Shown here in pieces: positions 1-11,146 of a stretch of 64,000 nucleotides of DNA. Position 1 is the first letter of the stretch, and every line of letters starts with the position of its first letter. A model generated the notes under the pieces. It saw only the letters and a list, made by a program, of their open reading frames with translations, had not been told where the DNA came from and made no database searches. The position numbers and the translations under genes were made by a program. The stretch is from IMG/VR virus record IMGVR_UViG_3300047095_000535, positions 1 to 64,000 of that record; one strand, 5' to 3'. This DNA is from a virus.

Positions 1-556
1 TATCAGCGGATAACCCGTTTACTTTCACGTTTAACCCACTGGATATTGTGACTGTGTTTGTGGAGACAGTTGAAAAAGGAATTTTGGCAGATAATGTTAT
101 CTGATTTGTACTTCCATCAAGAATTATCGGAGCTTTAACTATACTTGAGTGTAGAATACCCGCAGATAACGCATTGAGAGATAGGTTTCCAGTCGTGGTT
201 GTGTTATTTACGTTGATATAATCACTGCCCACATATGTTAGACTTGGGAGTGCTTGCCAGTTTAATATGGAGGTCGATAACCCTCCTTTATATACGTATA
301 ATCCCTTTCTATCCGTGTCATACGCCATATCTCCACTAATAGGAGAGGTGAAAGTGGTTTCTACGTTAGGAGCGATCCCCAAAAACTTGTTACCAACGAC
401 AGTACCCCCGCTTAACCCGTCAATAGTCCCGACAAACAGTCGGGATATGTCATTTGCGAACGCTAGCTCGCCGGAAGCAGGGACAATTTGTTGTCTTTCG
501 ACGTTTGTACCCTGTCTAGTTATCAATTTAAGAATGGTGTTTTGGAGAATTTCCAT
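1..556 (-). CDS. Tail fibre/virion protein with Mtd-N/hyaluronidase-like N-terminus (partial, runs off left edge)
   Basis: Not in the ORF track. ATG at 556 reads MEILQNTILKLITRQGTNVERQQIVPASGELAFANDISRLFVG, paralogous to the N-terminus of 560..1606. Confidence 0.65.
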   Translation of the reverse strand, partial: MEILQNTILKLITRQGTNVERQQIVPASGELAFANDISRLFVGTIDGLSGGTVVGNKFLGIAPNVETTFTSPISGDMAYDTDRKGLYVYKGGLSTSILNWQALPSLTYVGSDYINVNNTTTTGNLSLNALSAGILHSSIVKAPIILDGSTNQITLSAKIPFSTVSTNTVTISSGLNVKVNGLSAD

Positions 557-559
557 ATA

Positions 560-1606
560 TTAGTAGTTGTAAATTGGTATAGCGAATCTTGCTATCGGTT
601 GTCCGGTTTTAGATGAGAATCCTCCTTCAAACGTTATGAACCCTGCGGCTGATAAGGTTACTACTAGGAGATCGCCTTCATTCTCCGGAGTTTCATTTAC
701 CGCAAAAGCGGTTAAGGTGGAAACGGCCACTGTGACCGTGTATGGGTCAAAGGCAGTGGGTTTGTAGGAGAAGGACGACAAAGCGCTTAATGTCTGGTTC
801 GGGAATCCGTTTACTGTCACATCAGTATCATTGATGTCGGATATACTCATAAGAGTACTATAAATCGCTGGTTCTAAACTTTGAACTCTTCCGTACCTAT
901 CAGAGGATATCTTTGGTAGTAGTATCGTGCTTGATAGACCCCCGTTATCAGTGGTACTTTTTAACAAACGACCGTCTAACCACATGGAAGTATCTCCTAT
1001 TCCTGCTACAGTAGTATAGAGGTCATTCGGGTATGATGATACATCGAACCCGGTTTTGAAAAACGTGGATGCTACTCCAAATAGCGTACTATTGACTCGA
1101 CCAATAGTAGCGTTAAATGTTGAAGCGTCGTTTATCTCTGCTTGGGTGATCCCTGCTGGCTTGATTATAAGGTTATCATTACTAAGAGCGAATTGGGAGG
1201 TATTATAATTAAGTCGGACCGTGCTTGACGTGGATGATAGCCCGTTTGAGAATGAGTTTGGAGATATATGACTCGCGGAAATAGAGTTTGCCGCAATCGT
1301 AAGGGAAATTTCCAACGATTCCCAGTTGGCTATGTTGGTGTAGTCCGGGTCCACCAATTGATATAAGATAGTTCCAAATCGAGCCATGTCTCCGACCTCC
1401 GCGTTTAGATTACTCAAGGAAGCATAAGACGTAATCTTATGTATCTTGTTTCCCGCTGTTATTCCTCCGCTAAGAGTCCCGGTTCCTACGAATAGCCTTC
1501 CCGTGTCTACGGTATGAACCAACTCGCCTTGGTCAAACACGGTTTGTCTACGTTGAGCATCGGTACCTCTACGTACTTTTATTTTTGAGAGTTTAATAGT
1601 GGGCAT
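560..1606 (-). CDS. Tail fibre/virion protein with Mtd-N-like N-terminus
   Basis: N-terminal IKVRRGT...GELVHTVDTGRLFVG pattern typical of phage fibre anchoring domains; S/T/N-rich body. Confidence 0.65.
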   Translation of the reverse strand: MPTIKLSKIKVRRGTDAQRRQTVFDQGELVHTVDTGRLFVGTGTLSGGITAGNKIHKITSYASLSNLNAEVGDMARFGTILYQLVDPDYTNIANWESLEISLTIAANSISASHISPNSFSNGLSSTSSTVRLNYNTSQFALSNDNLIIKPAGITQAEINDASTFNATIGRVNSTLFGVASTFFKTGFDVSSYPNDLYTTVAGIGDTSMWLDGRLLKSTTDNGGLSSTILLPKISSDRYGRVQSLEPAIYSTLMSISDINDTDVTVNGFPNQTLSALSSFSYKPTAFDPYTVTVAVSTLTAFAVNETPENEGDLLVVTLSAAGFITFEGGFSSKTGQPIARFAIPIYNY

Positions 1607-1618
1607 AATATGTATGAT

Positions 1619-2602
1619 TTACCATTCGAATACGACTACTCCGGAACCAGCAGAAGTATTATAGTTTTGCGAACCGCTTGTTTGTCCGTGGCGGCTTTGT
1701 CCACCCCCATAAGCTGGTCCGGTTCCCCATATGGAAGATGCTCCAACGGATTCTTCACCACCGGAGATCGTATTTCCGCTGGTGTCGATGTTGGATAGTC
1801 CACCGGGAACAAGAATATAACTGTCGCCTGTATAAGACAACCCGTCTGCGGTTATAGATCCAGACGCGGCGGATGGGTATGATACTTGAGTTGCGGCGGA
1901 TGCGGCGATACCAGAACCACCGTTTGCGACGATCAATGCGGTATCAATACCATTGATTACCGCTTGTACTTGGGTTGCTCCACCCCCTACACTGGCGATT
2001 GAACCTGAAGCTACTCCTGCTGTACCGACTTTAACTCTATAGAAAGTAGTGGTCGCTCCTAGAGGAACAGTTAGATATGCGATTACGGTTGCTCCTGCGT
2101 TTCCGGCGTAATGGGGACCGCTTGCTCCACCACCAGTTGCCGTAACCTTGACTGAAGTGACTCCAGTGGGAATTGTGAAGGTTCCATCGGAAGTAAAGGT
2201 CTTTATTCCCTTTGAACCTGCTCCGCTTCCAAGATTTCGGATAATACCCGCTTCAACAGTTACAGTGGGGTTATAATAAACCCCGTCTGTAAGTAGATAT
2301 CCCTCTGCGTCCATAATATCCGCCAAACTCTTAAGAGATAGCGTTTTATTTCCATCAGAGGATATGATGGTGTTGGGATTGCCATCGGAAATTGGGTATT
2401 TTAGAGAAGATGCGGTCAGTAACCCGCTAACATCAAAGGGACCAGTTATGGCTCCTCCCGAGTTTAGGAGTCCTAGGGATAACGCTGATGTGTTTCCATT
2501 TCCATCGTAGACTGTCTTGATGGTGGATATTAAAGTTCCATCCAAATGTAGGACTCCAACGTAGGTATCCGCGATATAGGTATTGGTAAGGGCTGTACTC
2601 AT
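1619..2602 (-). CDS. Glycine-rich tail fibre-like protein
   Basis: FTSDGTFTIPTGVTSVKVTATGGG...GSGVVVFEW Gly-rich domain common in phage fibres; TAAATA box 6 nt upstream. Confidence 0.6.
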   Translation of the reverse strand: MSTALTNTYIADTYVGVLHLDGTLISTIKTVYDGNGNTSALSLGLLNSGGAITGPFDVSGLLTASSLKYPISDGNPNTIISSDGNKTLSLKSLADIMDAEGYLLTDGVYYNPTVTVEAGIIRNLGSGAGSKGIKTFTSDGTFTIPTGVTSVKVTATGGGASGPHYAGNAGATVIAYLTVPLGATTTFYRVKVGTAGVASGSIASVGGGATQVQAVINGIDTALIVANGGSGIAASAATQVSYPSAASGSITADGLSYTGDSYILVPGGLSNIDTSGNTISGGEESVGASSIWGTGPAYGGGQSRHGQTSGSQNYNTSAGSGVVVFEW

Positions 2603-2631
2603 TATGATTATTTACTAAGCTGTTTGAAAAA

Positions 2632-4404
2632 TCAACTTGTTTGGGGTAATATTTTTTGCTGGATGTCGATAATCGCCAACATTATTCTTTGAAGGGCGAT
2701 AACGTTCAAGGTTTCGTTGCCGTTTATATACAAGTTCTCGGTTTCCAGCGTCAAATCCGCGATTTGTTGTAAAATAACCGCCCTTTCTTCGATTTTACAT
2801 GAAAATTCCGACTTATTGAACAGGTTCAAAGTGTCTTTCAGTATAGTGGATATCATTACATTGAAATATACTCCCACTGAGGTCTCCGCACAGGTGGTAC
2901 CGTCAAAATATCTGACTGTATCCAAGGGAAGGGCGTTTAAGAACCTGTCGTTCATGTTTTGGTTGAGAGTATATATTCTTCCAATGTTGTGGAGGATCAT
3001 ATACATCTTCCCATTGATGGTTTGGTTGGTTGATACCAGATTATTATAGAAATTCGTATCCTCGTTTATGGAGTTCCAGTTGACTTTTAGGTAATTATAA
3101 TACTCGGTGGTTGTGTTCCATATATAACTGTCCGAATACGCGATATTATTGTTCTCCAAGCGTCCTGCGGGGTATTCCGGGTTGGATATGAACCGGGATT
3201 GGTACTCGGTGGCGTTGTAGGTGTAGAAAACGTCGGAATCATTGTCGGAGAACCGGATTTTCTGTCCTCCTAGGGCGGTATTGATGCTGGAAATCTTGGT
3301 ATTGGTTACAGTTCCTTCAACATCCTTGGGATCGAGAAACGCCACGTAGAAGCCGTCTTCTTTTTGGTTTAGTATTGTGATATAGTCGTCAATCGCCCGA
3401 ATATCCAAGTCTAGCAGATCCCCGATGTCGTATAGGGTAAGATCTATCATCTGATAGATGTCGGAAGAGTATTTGTTGACTATATAGAGAACGTTGTTGC
3501 CCGCTCCGGTTCTTATATTTTTTCCAAACTTTATAAACTCCGGATTATTGGCGAAGATGATGCTATACTTTATATTCCACACGATGTCGTTGGAATCCCA
3601 TGGTTCTATGGTAGTATTCCATAGATACTCATTGGTGGTGGTTTCTTTGAGCTTTATACTGTCAACCAGAATCAGGTTATTACACTCATCATAGTTTGAG
3701 GAGTCATATACGTCGATGGTATTGTTCCGAACAAATAGGATTCGGGAATTATCGATATCATTGTATATATGATAAGTGTTGTTGTTATTCGGGGTGTTTA
3801 ACTTGCTGTATATCTTGGTCAGCGGGGAGTTATTGACGAAGTTTCCTGACAGGATATAGTCCGATGTCAAGTCCGAGCATATATACTTGAAGTTCTCATG
3901 GGTATCGACTGTAAACGTACCTACTTTCATGTTGTCTAAAAACTCCCAGTCCATGTTGTCCGAGAAAGGTATGGCGTTTATGGATTCTTGGTGGGCGGGA
4001 ACTCCGGTATCGGTCGTTTCACTGCCGCTTGACAGTGCGTAGTAATGTCCAAATGTTTGAGCATACTTATAAATCGTTGGATTAGCCAGTATTAAGGACT
4101 TAAAGCATATGAGATTGTTGTTATGGAGAGTATATAATAGAGTATCCAGACCAGTCTTATTCAGAAGGTCGAAAACGTTGGTAAAGACGGTTGTTAGTGG
4201 TACGGTTGTCTTATACGTGGTGTCGAACTCGTATTCATTTGTGAACACATCCGCTATCATGGTTGATTTTGGGGTTAGTTCAACGCTGGTGGAGGTGTCT
4301 TCCTTACCAGTATACGCTATTCCATCAGTTATGTGGAAAAACCCAATGTAATCCACTCCGTCCAGAGTGAACGCTTCTCCGCTAGTATGTTTAAAGTAGG
4401 TCAT
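2632..4404 (-). CDS. Putative virion structural protein
   Basis: 590-aa N/D/T/Y-rich ORF, overlapping its neighbour in the structural cluster. Confidence 0.5.
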   Translation of the reverse strand: MTYFKHTSGEAFTLDGVDYIGFFHITDGIAYTGKEDTSTSVELTPKSTMIADVFTNEYEFDTTYKTTVPLTTVFTNVFDLLNKTGLDTLLYTLHNNNLICFKSLILANPTIYKYAQTFGHYYALSSGSETTDTGVPAHQESINAIPFSDNMDWEFLDNMKVGTFTVDTHENFKYICSDLTSDYILSGNFVNNSPLTKIYSKLNTPNNNNTYHIYNDIDNSRILFVRNNTIDVYDSSNYDECNNLILVDSIKLKETTTNEYLWNTTIEPWDSNDIVWNIKYSIIFANNPEFIKFGKNIRTGAGNNVLYIVNKYSSDIYQMIDLTLYDIGDLLDLDIRAIDDYITILNQKEDGFYVAFLDPKDVEGTVTNTKISSINTALGGQKIRFSDNDSDVFYTYNATEYQSRFISNPEYPAGRLENNNIAYSDSYIWNTTTEYYNYLKVNWNSINEDTNFYNNLVSTNQTINGKMYMILHNIGRIYTLNQNMNDRFLNALPLDTVRYFDGTTCAETSVGVYFNVMISTILKDTLNLFNKSEFSCKIEERAVILQQIADLTLETENLYINGNETLNVIALQRIMLAIIDIQQKILPQTS

Positions 4405-6701
4405 TTGAAGTTTTCGAAGGTTATGGTATTTATCCTCGTGTTGGAAGGCATCTTGGGACTGATGTTATTGGCGATGGAGGCGCTTAGACCAGAGGTAATG
4501 GTCGGGTCTGTCAGGTTAAGATTCTTAACCCGGATATTGATATCATTCGACTTGAACAACGACGAGCTACAAACGCTTTGGAGGTATTGAAGATTATCCA
4601 AGCTGTTTCTCATTCCACATGGCAGGGTGACATATATATCATCGATTTTAAGAGTTCCATTTGTCAGGGGGATGATAAAGGTTAGGTTTGGATCGATGTA
4701 ATAGTCGTTGATGAAGGTATTTGATATGTATGGACATTCCGGGTCCAGTATATCGAACTTCGACAGGTCTTTGATAAGAACAAAGTCTCCGTATAGCAGT
4801 TGCTTCACGTAGAACTGATAGTTGGGTAGATTGAATGTATCGATTATGACGTCGTTTAGAAAGATGTACCCGGCTCCTTGCTTGCTATCCACGCTTATGT
4901 ATATGAAGTTCTTCTTCAGAGCTTTAATAGCTATGGTTTTTGTGTAGAAAAACCATGATGAGGGGGACGCGTTGTAGTTCCTGCTTGTAGCGTCATAGAC
5001 AGTGTACCGTATCGTGACATTGGGTCCGGTTTTGGTGATTGTTAGCCCGGAATCTATGATATTTCGGTCACTTACAACCTCCCAACTGGAGTCATCGCCT
5101 TCGAAGTTGAAGCCTACGGTAAACTCCCCGGCGTCGTTGATCTGGTTGAAGTAGTTTATAGGGTATACCTCAGAATATGAGTTACAATAGGTGAAAGTGG
5201 ATTCGAACAGGGGCAATTTGACATCGTTGATACGATCATACCTGTAATACTCGTTTGGTAAAAATACCAAATCGCTTTTTTTATCAAAAAAACTATGGTC
5301 TAGTATGGACGCTTCTAGATCGGTGTTGTTTTGTATTAGTTGTTCGATAGCGTCCTCGTATGTTGTTTGGCTCGTCGGATTGGCGGTATATGCCGCCTCC
5401 TTTGAGATAAGATCGGGGTAGTAATACCGATCCACCCATACTTTATTATCGGAAAGAGGAGACCCAGACAACCAAGTGCATAGCAAGTACTGGCCGTTAT
5501 CGTAGTTTTGGGCGTCTTTGGATAGGTGATACACCTTATCAGCGTATTCAGGAGTGGAATATGAAAACGCTCCCGAGGTTATGAACTTGGTATCGTTGAT
5601 ATTGAGCTGTTGGTATGGATACATGCTGGACGGACTGGTAAATCGGTTCGTCCCGGGAGATATTTTATACGTCTTGTTATAAAAAACGTAGTTTAACGCC
5701 AACTCATCGGAAGATTCAGTGTTTATATCGGAAGCTATGGTGGAATACTCTCGGAGGTCGTTCACGAATATGGAGGTTTCCGCTCCACTTAACAGGTTAT
5801 TGGCGGATGAAAACACATCTTCTTGTAAAAGCTGGTTTTTAAGACAAATGATGTCTGTTTTGTAGTCGGAAATCGACTTGTCGTTATGTAATAGGAAGTT
5901 GTTGGTTAAATCGAAATTACTTTTGGCCGGATCTATGGTATTATCTTCCTTATAGGTGATAAACGAGGTGTTTAGAGATATATTCGGGTATGAAAAGACG
6001 TTTTTAGCGATTTTAAACGGGGTGGTGGACGATGTTACGTTGTTTTCCACTATAGTAACCGCTTTTAACGCGGTCCCCACCTTGGATATGTTGAAAGCGG
6101 AGGTCGCGGTTTTCTTGAAGAAGATTATATTGTTTCCTGACTCGGAAAACAGGTAGGTGAAGTCTTGGGGAGCTATTACGGCGTCATTAAAGGTTAGTAA
6201 CTTGTCTCGTATGAATAAAAGATTGTTGAAAGTGTCCAAGCATAGGTAATATTTGTTGTACCTACGTGTAAAGTAGATATTACACCGATTATTATCGTAA
6301 AAAACTACCGTAAAATTGGTAGTGGATGAGGCAGTAGTTGAAAACGCTGGTCTCCATACATCGAAATGCGCTTCATAATTCCCTGCTATTACATAAGGAG
6401 CGGGGTCAACGCCCACGTATGAGAGGTACTCACCTCCATATATCAGCGATCCGAAAATTGAGGTGGCTTGTAGGGTCGAGGTGTTTATCTCGAAGATGTC
6501 GGAAAACCCATAGTTATTGGTTAGGTAAAAACTGGTATGAGTCTTGGTTTGGAGATCGTTTATCCCTGATAAGCACTGGTGGAAAGTGATGGAATAGTTG
6601 CCCGGGTATGTTCGCTTAAACTTTTTAAACGATAATTCACTCATATTCGAACTCAAAACATGAGAATGTAAAGTAGATAAGCTGGATATGGTTGAAATCA
6701 C
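4401..6701 (-). CDS. Putative virion structural (baseplate/fibre-associated) protein
   Basis: 766-aa ORF with beta-rich composition; TAAATA box 5 nt upstream of the GTG. Confidence 0.5.
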   Translation of the reverse strand: MISTISSLSTLHSHVLSSNMSELSFKKFKRTYPGNYSITFHQCLSGINDLQTKTHTSFYLTNNYGFSDIFEINTSTLQATSIFGSLIYGGEYLSYVGVDPAPYVIAGNYEAHFDVWRPAFSTTASSTTNFTVVFYDNNRCNIYFTRRYNKYYLCLDTFNNLLFIRDKLLTFNDAVIAPQDFTYLFSESGNNIIFFKKTATSAFNISKVGTALKAVTIVENNVTSSTTPFKIAKNVFSYPNISLNTSFITYKEDNTIDPAKSNFDLTNNFLLHNDKSISDYKTDIICLKNQLLQEDVFSSANNLLSGAETSIFVNDLREYSTIASDINTESSDELALNYVFYNKTYKISPGTNRFTSPSSMYPYQQLNINDTKFITSGAFSYSTPEYADKVYHLSKDAQNYDNGQYLLCTWLSGSPLSDNKVWVDRYYYPDLISKEAAYTANPTSQTTYEDAIEQLIQNNTDLEASILDHSFFDKKSDLVFLPNEYYRYDRINDVKLPLFESTFTYCNSYSEVYPINYFNQINDAGEFTVGFNFEGDDSSWEVVSDRNIIDSGLTITKTGPNVTIRYTVYDATSRNYNASPSSWFFYTKTIAIKALKKNFIYISVDSKQGAGYIFLNDVIIDTFNLPNYQFYVKQLLYGDFVLIKDLSKFDILDPECPYISNTFINDYYIDPNLTFIIPLTNGTLKIDDIYVTLPCGMRNSLDNLQYLQSVCSSSLFKSNDINIRVKNLNLTDPTITSGLSASIANNISPKMPSNTRINTITFENFK

Positions 6702-6709
6702 AGTATTAT

Positions 6710-7207
6710 TTAACTGCCACTCATTTCTATGGCGACCCTCCCCATTTTAGTTATAAATTGATGGGTCTTTGAATTGGGTTCGATAGGTAATATACTCGTA
6801 TGATCCAGTTTCAGGTCATAAATAGACTCAAAATAGTCGTATGTCCTGATTTTTATGGGGATAAGGTGCCAATTGTTGTCCCCATTGGCGTAGTTTACGA
6901 ACACTTGGGCGGTCAGGCACTTAAATAGGCAGGTTTCAGATGGATAATACTCCTTGGTCTTGTATTCTGCGAATATGGGGTTGAACACCAGCGCGTTTTG
7001 CTCTAAACGGGCGGTATTGTATATGTTGTTGTTATGGGTTTCCGAGGTTCCATCCCCCCAGTCGATTTTCAAGTACACTGGAACCACTTTTTCAGTAAGA
7101 CCTTCCAAGTTTAGGGTCAATTTGGTGTGGTCGTCCATCACAAGCGTAGGAAGCACTCGTATATAATTGGTTGAGCTTGATGTCAGGGCTACGGTAACGG
7201 TATTCAT
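6710..7207 (-). CDS. PKD/Ig-like virion protein
   Basis: IDWGDGTSE PKD-type motif. Confidence 0.5.
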   Translation of the reverse strand: MNTVTVALTSSSTNYIRVLPTLVMDDHTKLTLNLEGLTEKVVPVYLKIDWGDGTSETHNNNIYNTARLEQNALVFNPIFAEYKTKEYYPSETCLFKCLTAQVFVNYANGDNNWHLIPIKIRTYDYFESIYDLKLDHTSILPIEPNSKTHQFITKMGRVAIEMSGS

Positions 7208-9909
7208 ACTACTAATTCCTCTCCTACGCTGGTTGTTCCGCCCGAGGATAGGAAGATTGTCAGGGTTGACAGGCTTGTTAGCACGTTTGATACCTGAGAA
7301 GGGGCGGCATTGAATATATTATGAGACAAGAACTCCACATTCGGGTGTAGATGGTAGTCAAACTCATGTAAACATGGCATATTGTTCTGGTCTTTCAACA
7401 GACAGGAGATGTTATATAGGTTGTTTCGGCTATTATAGGTTATGGTAGGCGCGTCCGCACTCACATAACGAACATTTCCACTGGACGCGGAGAAGAATGA
7501 AGTATTATCAGTGATATCCTCTAGACGGGAAGGGAATATCTTCGAGGATTTAAAGTTTAATGTGTCAAACTTGTAGATCTCCGGGTATATTACAGTGATA
7601 TCTGATGACAACGCGGCCATCTTACAGTAGTATATGTTATATTTGACCTTGAATCGGTTGGATACCTTGTCGAAGTCGGAGGTATTCTGTGTTACATATA
7701 CCGGGGTAGTCCTTGGATCGTTAAAAGCTCCGTCCGCGTAGTCTATTTTATGGATTGAGAGGTATGAGGGGGTCTCTATAATCAAGATATCGTTGGTAAC
7801 TTCAAACTTTATGATGTTTGTATCCAATTCTGCCGCTACTTCAACGGGAAACTGGATGGATATATAAGGTAATGTTTGTAACAAGGGTAAAACCGTCCGG
7901 GTATAGGCGTTTCGTATCATTAAAGTGCCGTTTGTCTCGTAATCGTCTATGTAAAAAGAAGATGTTGTAATGGTTTGAGTTGAGTTTATAACAGTGTCGT
8001 CATAGTAATACTCCGGGCGTTGAAATTGTACGTCCCAATCAATGGAATTGTTTAAATATCCACCGTCCACCACGTTTAACGCGGAACCTTGTAGGTATTC
8101 GGTGATGTTTGCGGATAAAGCAGAGAGTACGGGGTATTCCGGGTGGGAACTCAGCGACCATAATGCCCGTTGTACCGGGCTAGAGTCATGTAACCCTCCT
8201 TCTATAAGGTCTGTGTAGTAATACGCCCCGGTATCAGTCTCGTAAGAAGACAGGTCCGAGGACTTGGAGTCTGCGTAAGGGGTATTATTGGGGTCTACTA
8301 TATACGCCCCTTCTAGAATCTCATAAGTCATCACTAAATTGTCGTCGGAGGGAGCGATCAACTCGTTATATGGGGTGAAATACCCAAAATACAGGGTTAA
8401 ATCCGGGTCATTACCAGTCAAGCTACCTGTATTCGTCGATAATCCTGATCGTTTTGTCTCGTTGAAGGTGGTAAAGTCAGATAACGTGTACACAGTGTTG
8501 CTATATCCCAACCCGTAGAGGTTGTCATAGAACTCATACCCATTGAAAATCATGTTTACGATTGGAGTAGGGTTAAGTGACTTGATGGTTTGTCTAAAAC
8601 GGTGGTCGTTTTTAAACAATCCGAATAAATTATTGTTTATATCGTACTTGATGTCTTCGATAAATCCGGAATCAAAGATATTATCCAGGTATTTTGATAC
8701 GGTTGGCTCCAATTTCGATACATACCCGTAATATTTCGTGTCATGCGGGGTGGAGTTGGGTTGATTGGTTGCTGCTCCCGAGGAATAGTTCCGCGACAGG
8801 AAGGAATCGTCTACTATAAAGGTGATAACGCTTCCATTCGCTCCTATTTTGGTAGGATCTGGAAAGAAATACAAGGAGTTGGGCTGTAACTTATCGGTAT
8901 TAAAGGTATAAGTGCTGGTCGCCCCGTCTATTAGTATGATAGACACGTTGGACGGCCTGAAAAACCCCTTGTCTCTGGGTGTTTGAAGGTATTCCGTCTG
9001 TTGAGTGGAAGCGGTGGTCGGATAGTTACGATTTAGAAAGTTCTCAATCGGATTATCGGAATGAAACAGCAAACCAGACACGGTATCGGATATGGTAGCT
9101 CCAGTGGACAGATAATAGAAGTCAGTGTAGGTGTATTTTCGAGTAAGGTTTCTCTTATTCTCGAAAAGTTGGTCAACTTCTTTAATAGCCTTTACACTTT
9201 CGTCAACCGCCGCGAATATTTCCGCGATTAGGTCTTCGTCACTGCGTAAGAAGATGTTATACCCGTAGTCAAGGTCTTTCTTATCATATACCAGAGGGTC
9301 GGGGGTCTGATTTAGATAATCCGGGTAGGTATCGTATAATTCTTCAATTTCGACTTCGATCTTGGATTTGATCGTATCGTAGTCGAATAACATTTTACCA
9401 TCTTCAAGGTTTCTTAGATGGGAAAGGGTCAATTCTAGAATGTTTTTTTCCAGACCGAAGTTAGTTCCGATCAACTTGTTTCGGGTTAAGCTGAACTTGG
9501 CGTCGTTTCTCTTATTATTGTAAAACTGGGCCAGTTCTCTTAGCTTTTTTCCATAAAACCCAAGAGCTACATCCAAGTCTAGGGGGTCATTGAAATCGAT
9601 CTTTGATAAGAACTGCTTTTCTTCGGGGGTTGTATGGTTCAGGGTTATATCCTTTAGGAAGTCCCGGTACCTGTCCCGTATAATGGCAGAGTCGTCTTCT
9701 TCTTTGGCGTTGGTCTTATTATTCCATGTTTTGATGTAATAAGAATAGTAGTCCTGTAAGACATCAGGTTCGTATGACACTCTAATCAGCTTTATAAACG
9801 TTAAGAACGCCATGGGCGAGCTAACGTCAATGGCGTCCGTCCTACTTACGTTTGGATTCGTTATGGAGTTCGGGATGTCGGCAAAGCCTAATTGTAGAGA
9901 TAGTGCCAT
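7204..9909 (-). CDS. Large putative baseplate/virion structural protein
   Basis: 901-aa ORF in the structural cluster; TAAATA box 6 nt upstream. Confidence 0.5.
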   Translation of the reverse strand: MALSLQLGFADIPNSITNPNVSRTDAIDVSSPMAFLTFIKLIRVSYEPDVLQDYYSYYIKTWNNKTNAKEEDDSAIIRDRYRDFLKDITLNHTTPEEKQFLSKIDFNDPLDLDVALGFYGKKLRELAQFYNNKRNDAKFSLTRNKLIGTNFGLEKNILELTLSHLRNLEDGKMLFDYDTIKSKIEVEIEELYDTYPDYLNQTPDPLVYDKKDLDYGYNIFLRSDEDLIAEIFAAVDESVKAIKEVDQLFENKRNLTRKYTYTDFYYLSTGATISDTVSGLLFHSDNPIENFLNRNYPTTASTQQTEYLQTPRDKGFFRPSNVSIILIDGATSTYTFNTDKLQPNSLYFFPDPTKIGANGSVITFIVDDSFLSRNYSSGAATNQPNSTPHDTKYYGYVSKLEPTVSKYLDNIFDSGFIEDIKYDINNNLFGLFKNDHRFRQTIKSLNPTPIVNMIFNGYEFYDNLYGLGYSNTVYTLSDFTTFNETKRSGLSTNTGSLTGNDPDLTLYFGYFTPYNELIAPSDDNLVMTYEILEGAYIVDPNNTPYADSKSSDLSSYETDTGAYYYTDLIEGGLHDSSPVQRALWSLSSHPEYPVLSALSANITEYLQGSALNVVDGGYLNNSIDWDVQFQRPEYYYDDTVINSTQTITTSSFYIDDYETNGTLMIRNAYTRTVLPLLQTLPYISIQFPVEVAAELDTNIIKFEVTNDILIIETPSYLSIHKIDYADGAFNDPRTTPVYVTQNTSDFDKVSNRFKVKYNIYYCKMAALSSDITVIYPEIYKFDTLNFKSSKIFPSRLEDITDNTSFFSASSGNVRYVSADAPTITYNSRNNLYNISCLLKDQNNMPCLHEFDYHLHPNVEFLSHNIFNAAPSQVSNVLTSLSTLTIFLSSGGTTSVGEELVV

Positions 9910-9931
9910 CCCATTTATTTAGTATGCTGTA

Positions 9932-11140
9932 TTACGCAAGCAGTGGTATTGTATACATTACACCATTTATACGAACTCTAAGACCAGATAGGGAGAAAGC
10001 TAGTGCTTGCCCTGCAACCGTGCTTAGGGGAACCGTGGCGGAACCGAGTACTAATTGGTTGGATGCGGTTGCGGTAGCGGAATCTCCTAGTATAATACAC
10101 CCGCTAATGGCGGATAAGGAGGTTGAGCTTGCTCCAGTATTGGAACCAATACAAATATTTTTAATCCCTGTTACAATGTTGGTTCCCGCATTCGATCCTA
10201 AGAAGTTGGAATAGCTTGCATCGGTGGCAGCATTTCCAGCGTTGACTCCTAAAAAGTTGGAGTTGTTTGCGTTGATTGCTCCCGACCCCGCTCCATTTCC
10301 TAAAAAGTTGGACTGATGCGCGTCGGTGGCACCATTTCCAGCATCAACACCTAAAAAGTTGGATTCATACGCATTAGTGGCAGAGTAACCAGCGTCAGAC
10401 CCTAAAAAATTGGAGTTGTCGGCGTTTATAGCCCCCGCTCCCGCTTGAAATCCGAAGAAATTACAATTCGGCGCTTCAGCCGCCCCGATTCCTGCGTCTT
10501 GTCCTAAAAAGTTGGAGTTGCTCGCGTTGGTTGCTCCTGCTCCTGCTTGATACCCTATAAAATTGGAATAGGTGGCGTTGGTGGCAATTGTTCCCGCAGT
10601 ATAGCCTATAAAAACAGAGTTACTTGCCCCGGTTGCTCCGTTGCCTGCCCCGTTACCAAAAAAGTTAGAATCTGTCGCCCCGGTTGTGCCATAGCCTGCT
10701 TGATACCCTATAAAATTGGAATAGGCAGAGTTGGTAGCGCCCGATCCTGCTTGATATCCTATAAAATTGGAGTTGTCGGCGTTTGTAGCGTTTAGCCCTG
10801 CGGCGTTTCCTATAAACGTAGAATTAGAGGGAATCGTAACGGGAGTTCCGTAAGTCACCCCAATACCTCCTAGGTTGGTTGACCCATATATAACAACCCC
10901 CGTTGAAAGCTTGACGTCAACCGAGCTTAACGAGCCGTTGATCTTTTGTCCGGTTGTAAAATCGTTATTAGCGGTTTTAACTGCAAAATCTCCTGACACC
11001 GCCGCGAAGTTGGTTTCTTTGGATATGCTACTCACGGGAGCGATACATGTAGTCCCAGACTGATTTAGCACTACTTGCTCACTCCCCACTAAAGGTTGGG
11101 TTGCGGGAGTAAGGTCAGAGATTCTTATTGTTGTACTCAT
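9932..11140 (-). CDS. Tail fibre/adhesin-like protein with 17-aa repeats
   Basis: N-terminal IRISDLTPA anchor; about 12 repeats of SNF(I/L)Gxx AGxGATxAxx. Confidence 0.65.
   Translation of the reverse strand: MSTTIRISDLTPATQPLVGSEQVVLNQSGTTCIAPVSSISKETNFAAVSGDFAVKTANNDFTTGQKINGSLSSVDVKLSTGVVIYGSTNLGGIGVTYGTPVTIPSNSTFIGNAAGLNATNADNSNFIGYQAGSGATNSAYSNFIGYQAGYGTTGATDSNFFGNGAGNGATGASNSVFIGYTAGTIATNATYSNFIGYQAGAGATNASNSNFLGQDAGIGAAEAPNCNFFGFQAGAGAINADNSNFLGSDAGYSATNAYESNFLGVDAGNGATDAHQSNFLGNGAGSGAINANNSNFLGVNAGNAATDASYSNFLGSNAGTNIVTGIKNICIGSNTGASSTSLSAISGCIILGDSATATASNQLVLGSATVPLSTVAGQALAFSLSGLRVRINGVMYTIPLLA
10150..10830 (-). repeat. Imperfect 51-bp tandem repeat encoding 17-aa beta-solenoid units
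   Basis: Recurring CCTAAAAAGTTGGA/CCTATAAAATTGGA at about 51-nt period on the + strand; boundaries approximate. Confidence 0.8.
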
Positions 11141-11146
11141 ATATGG

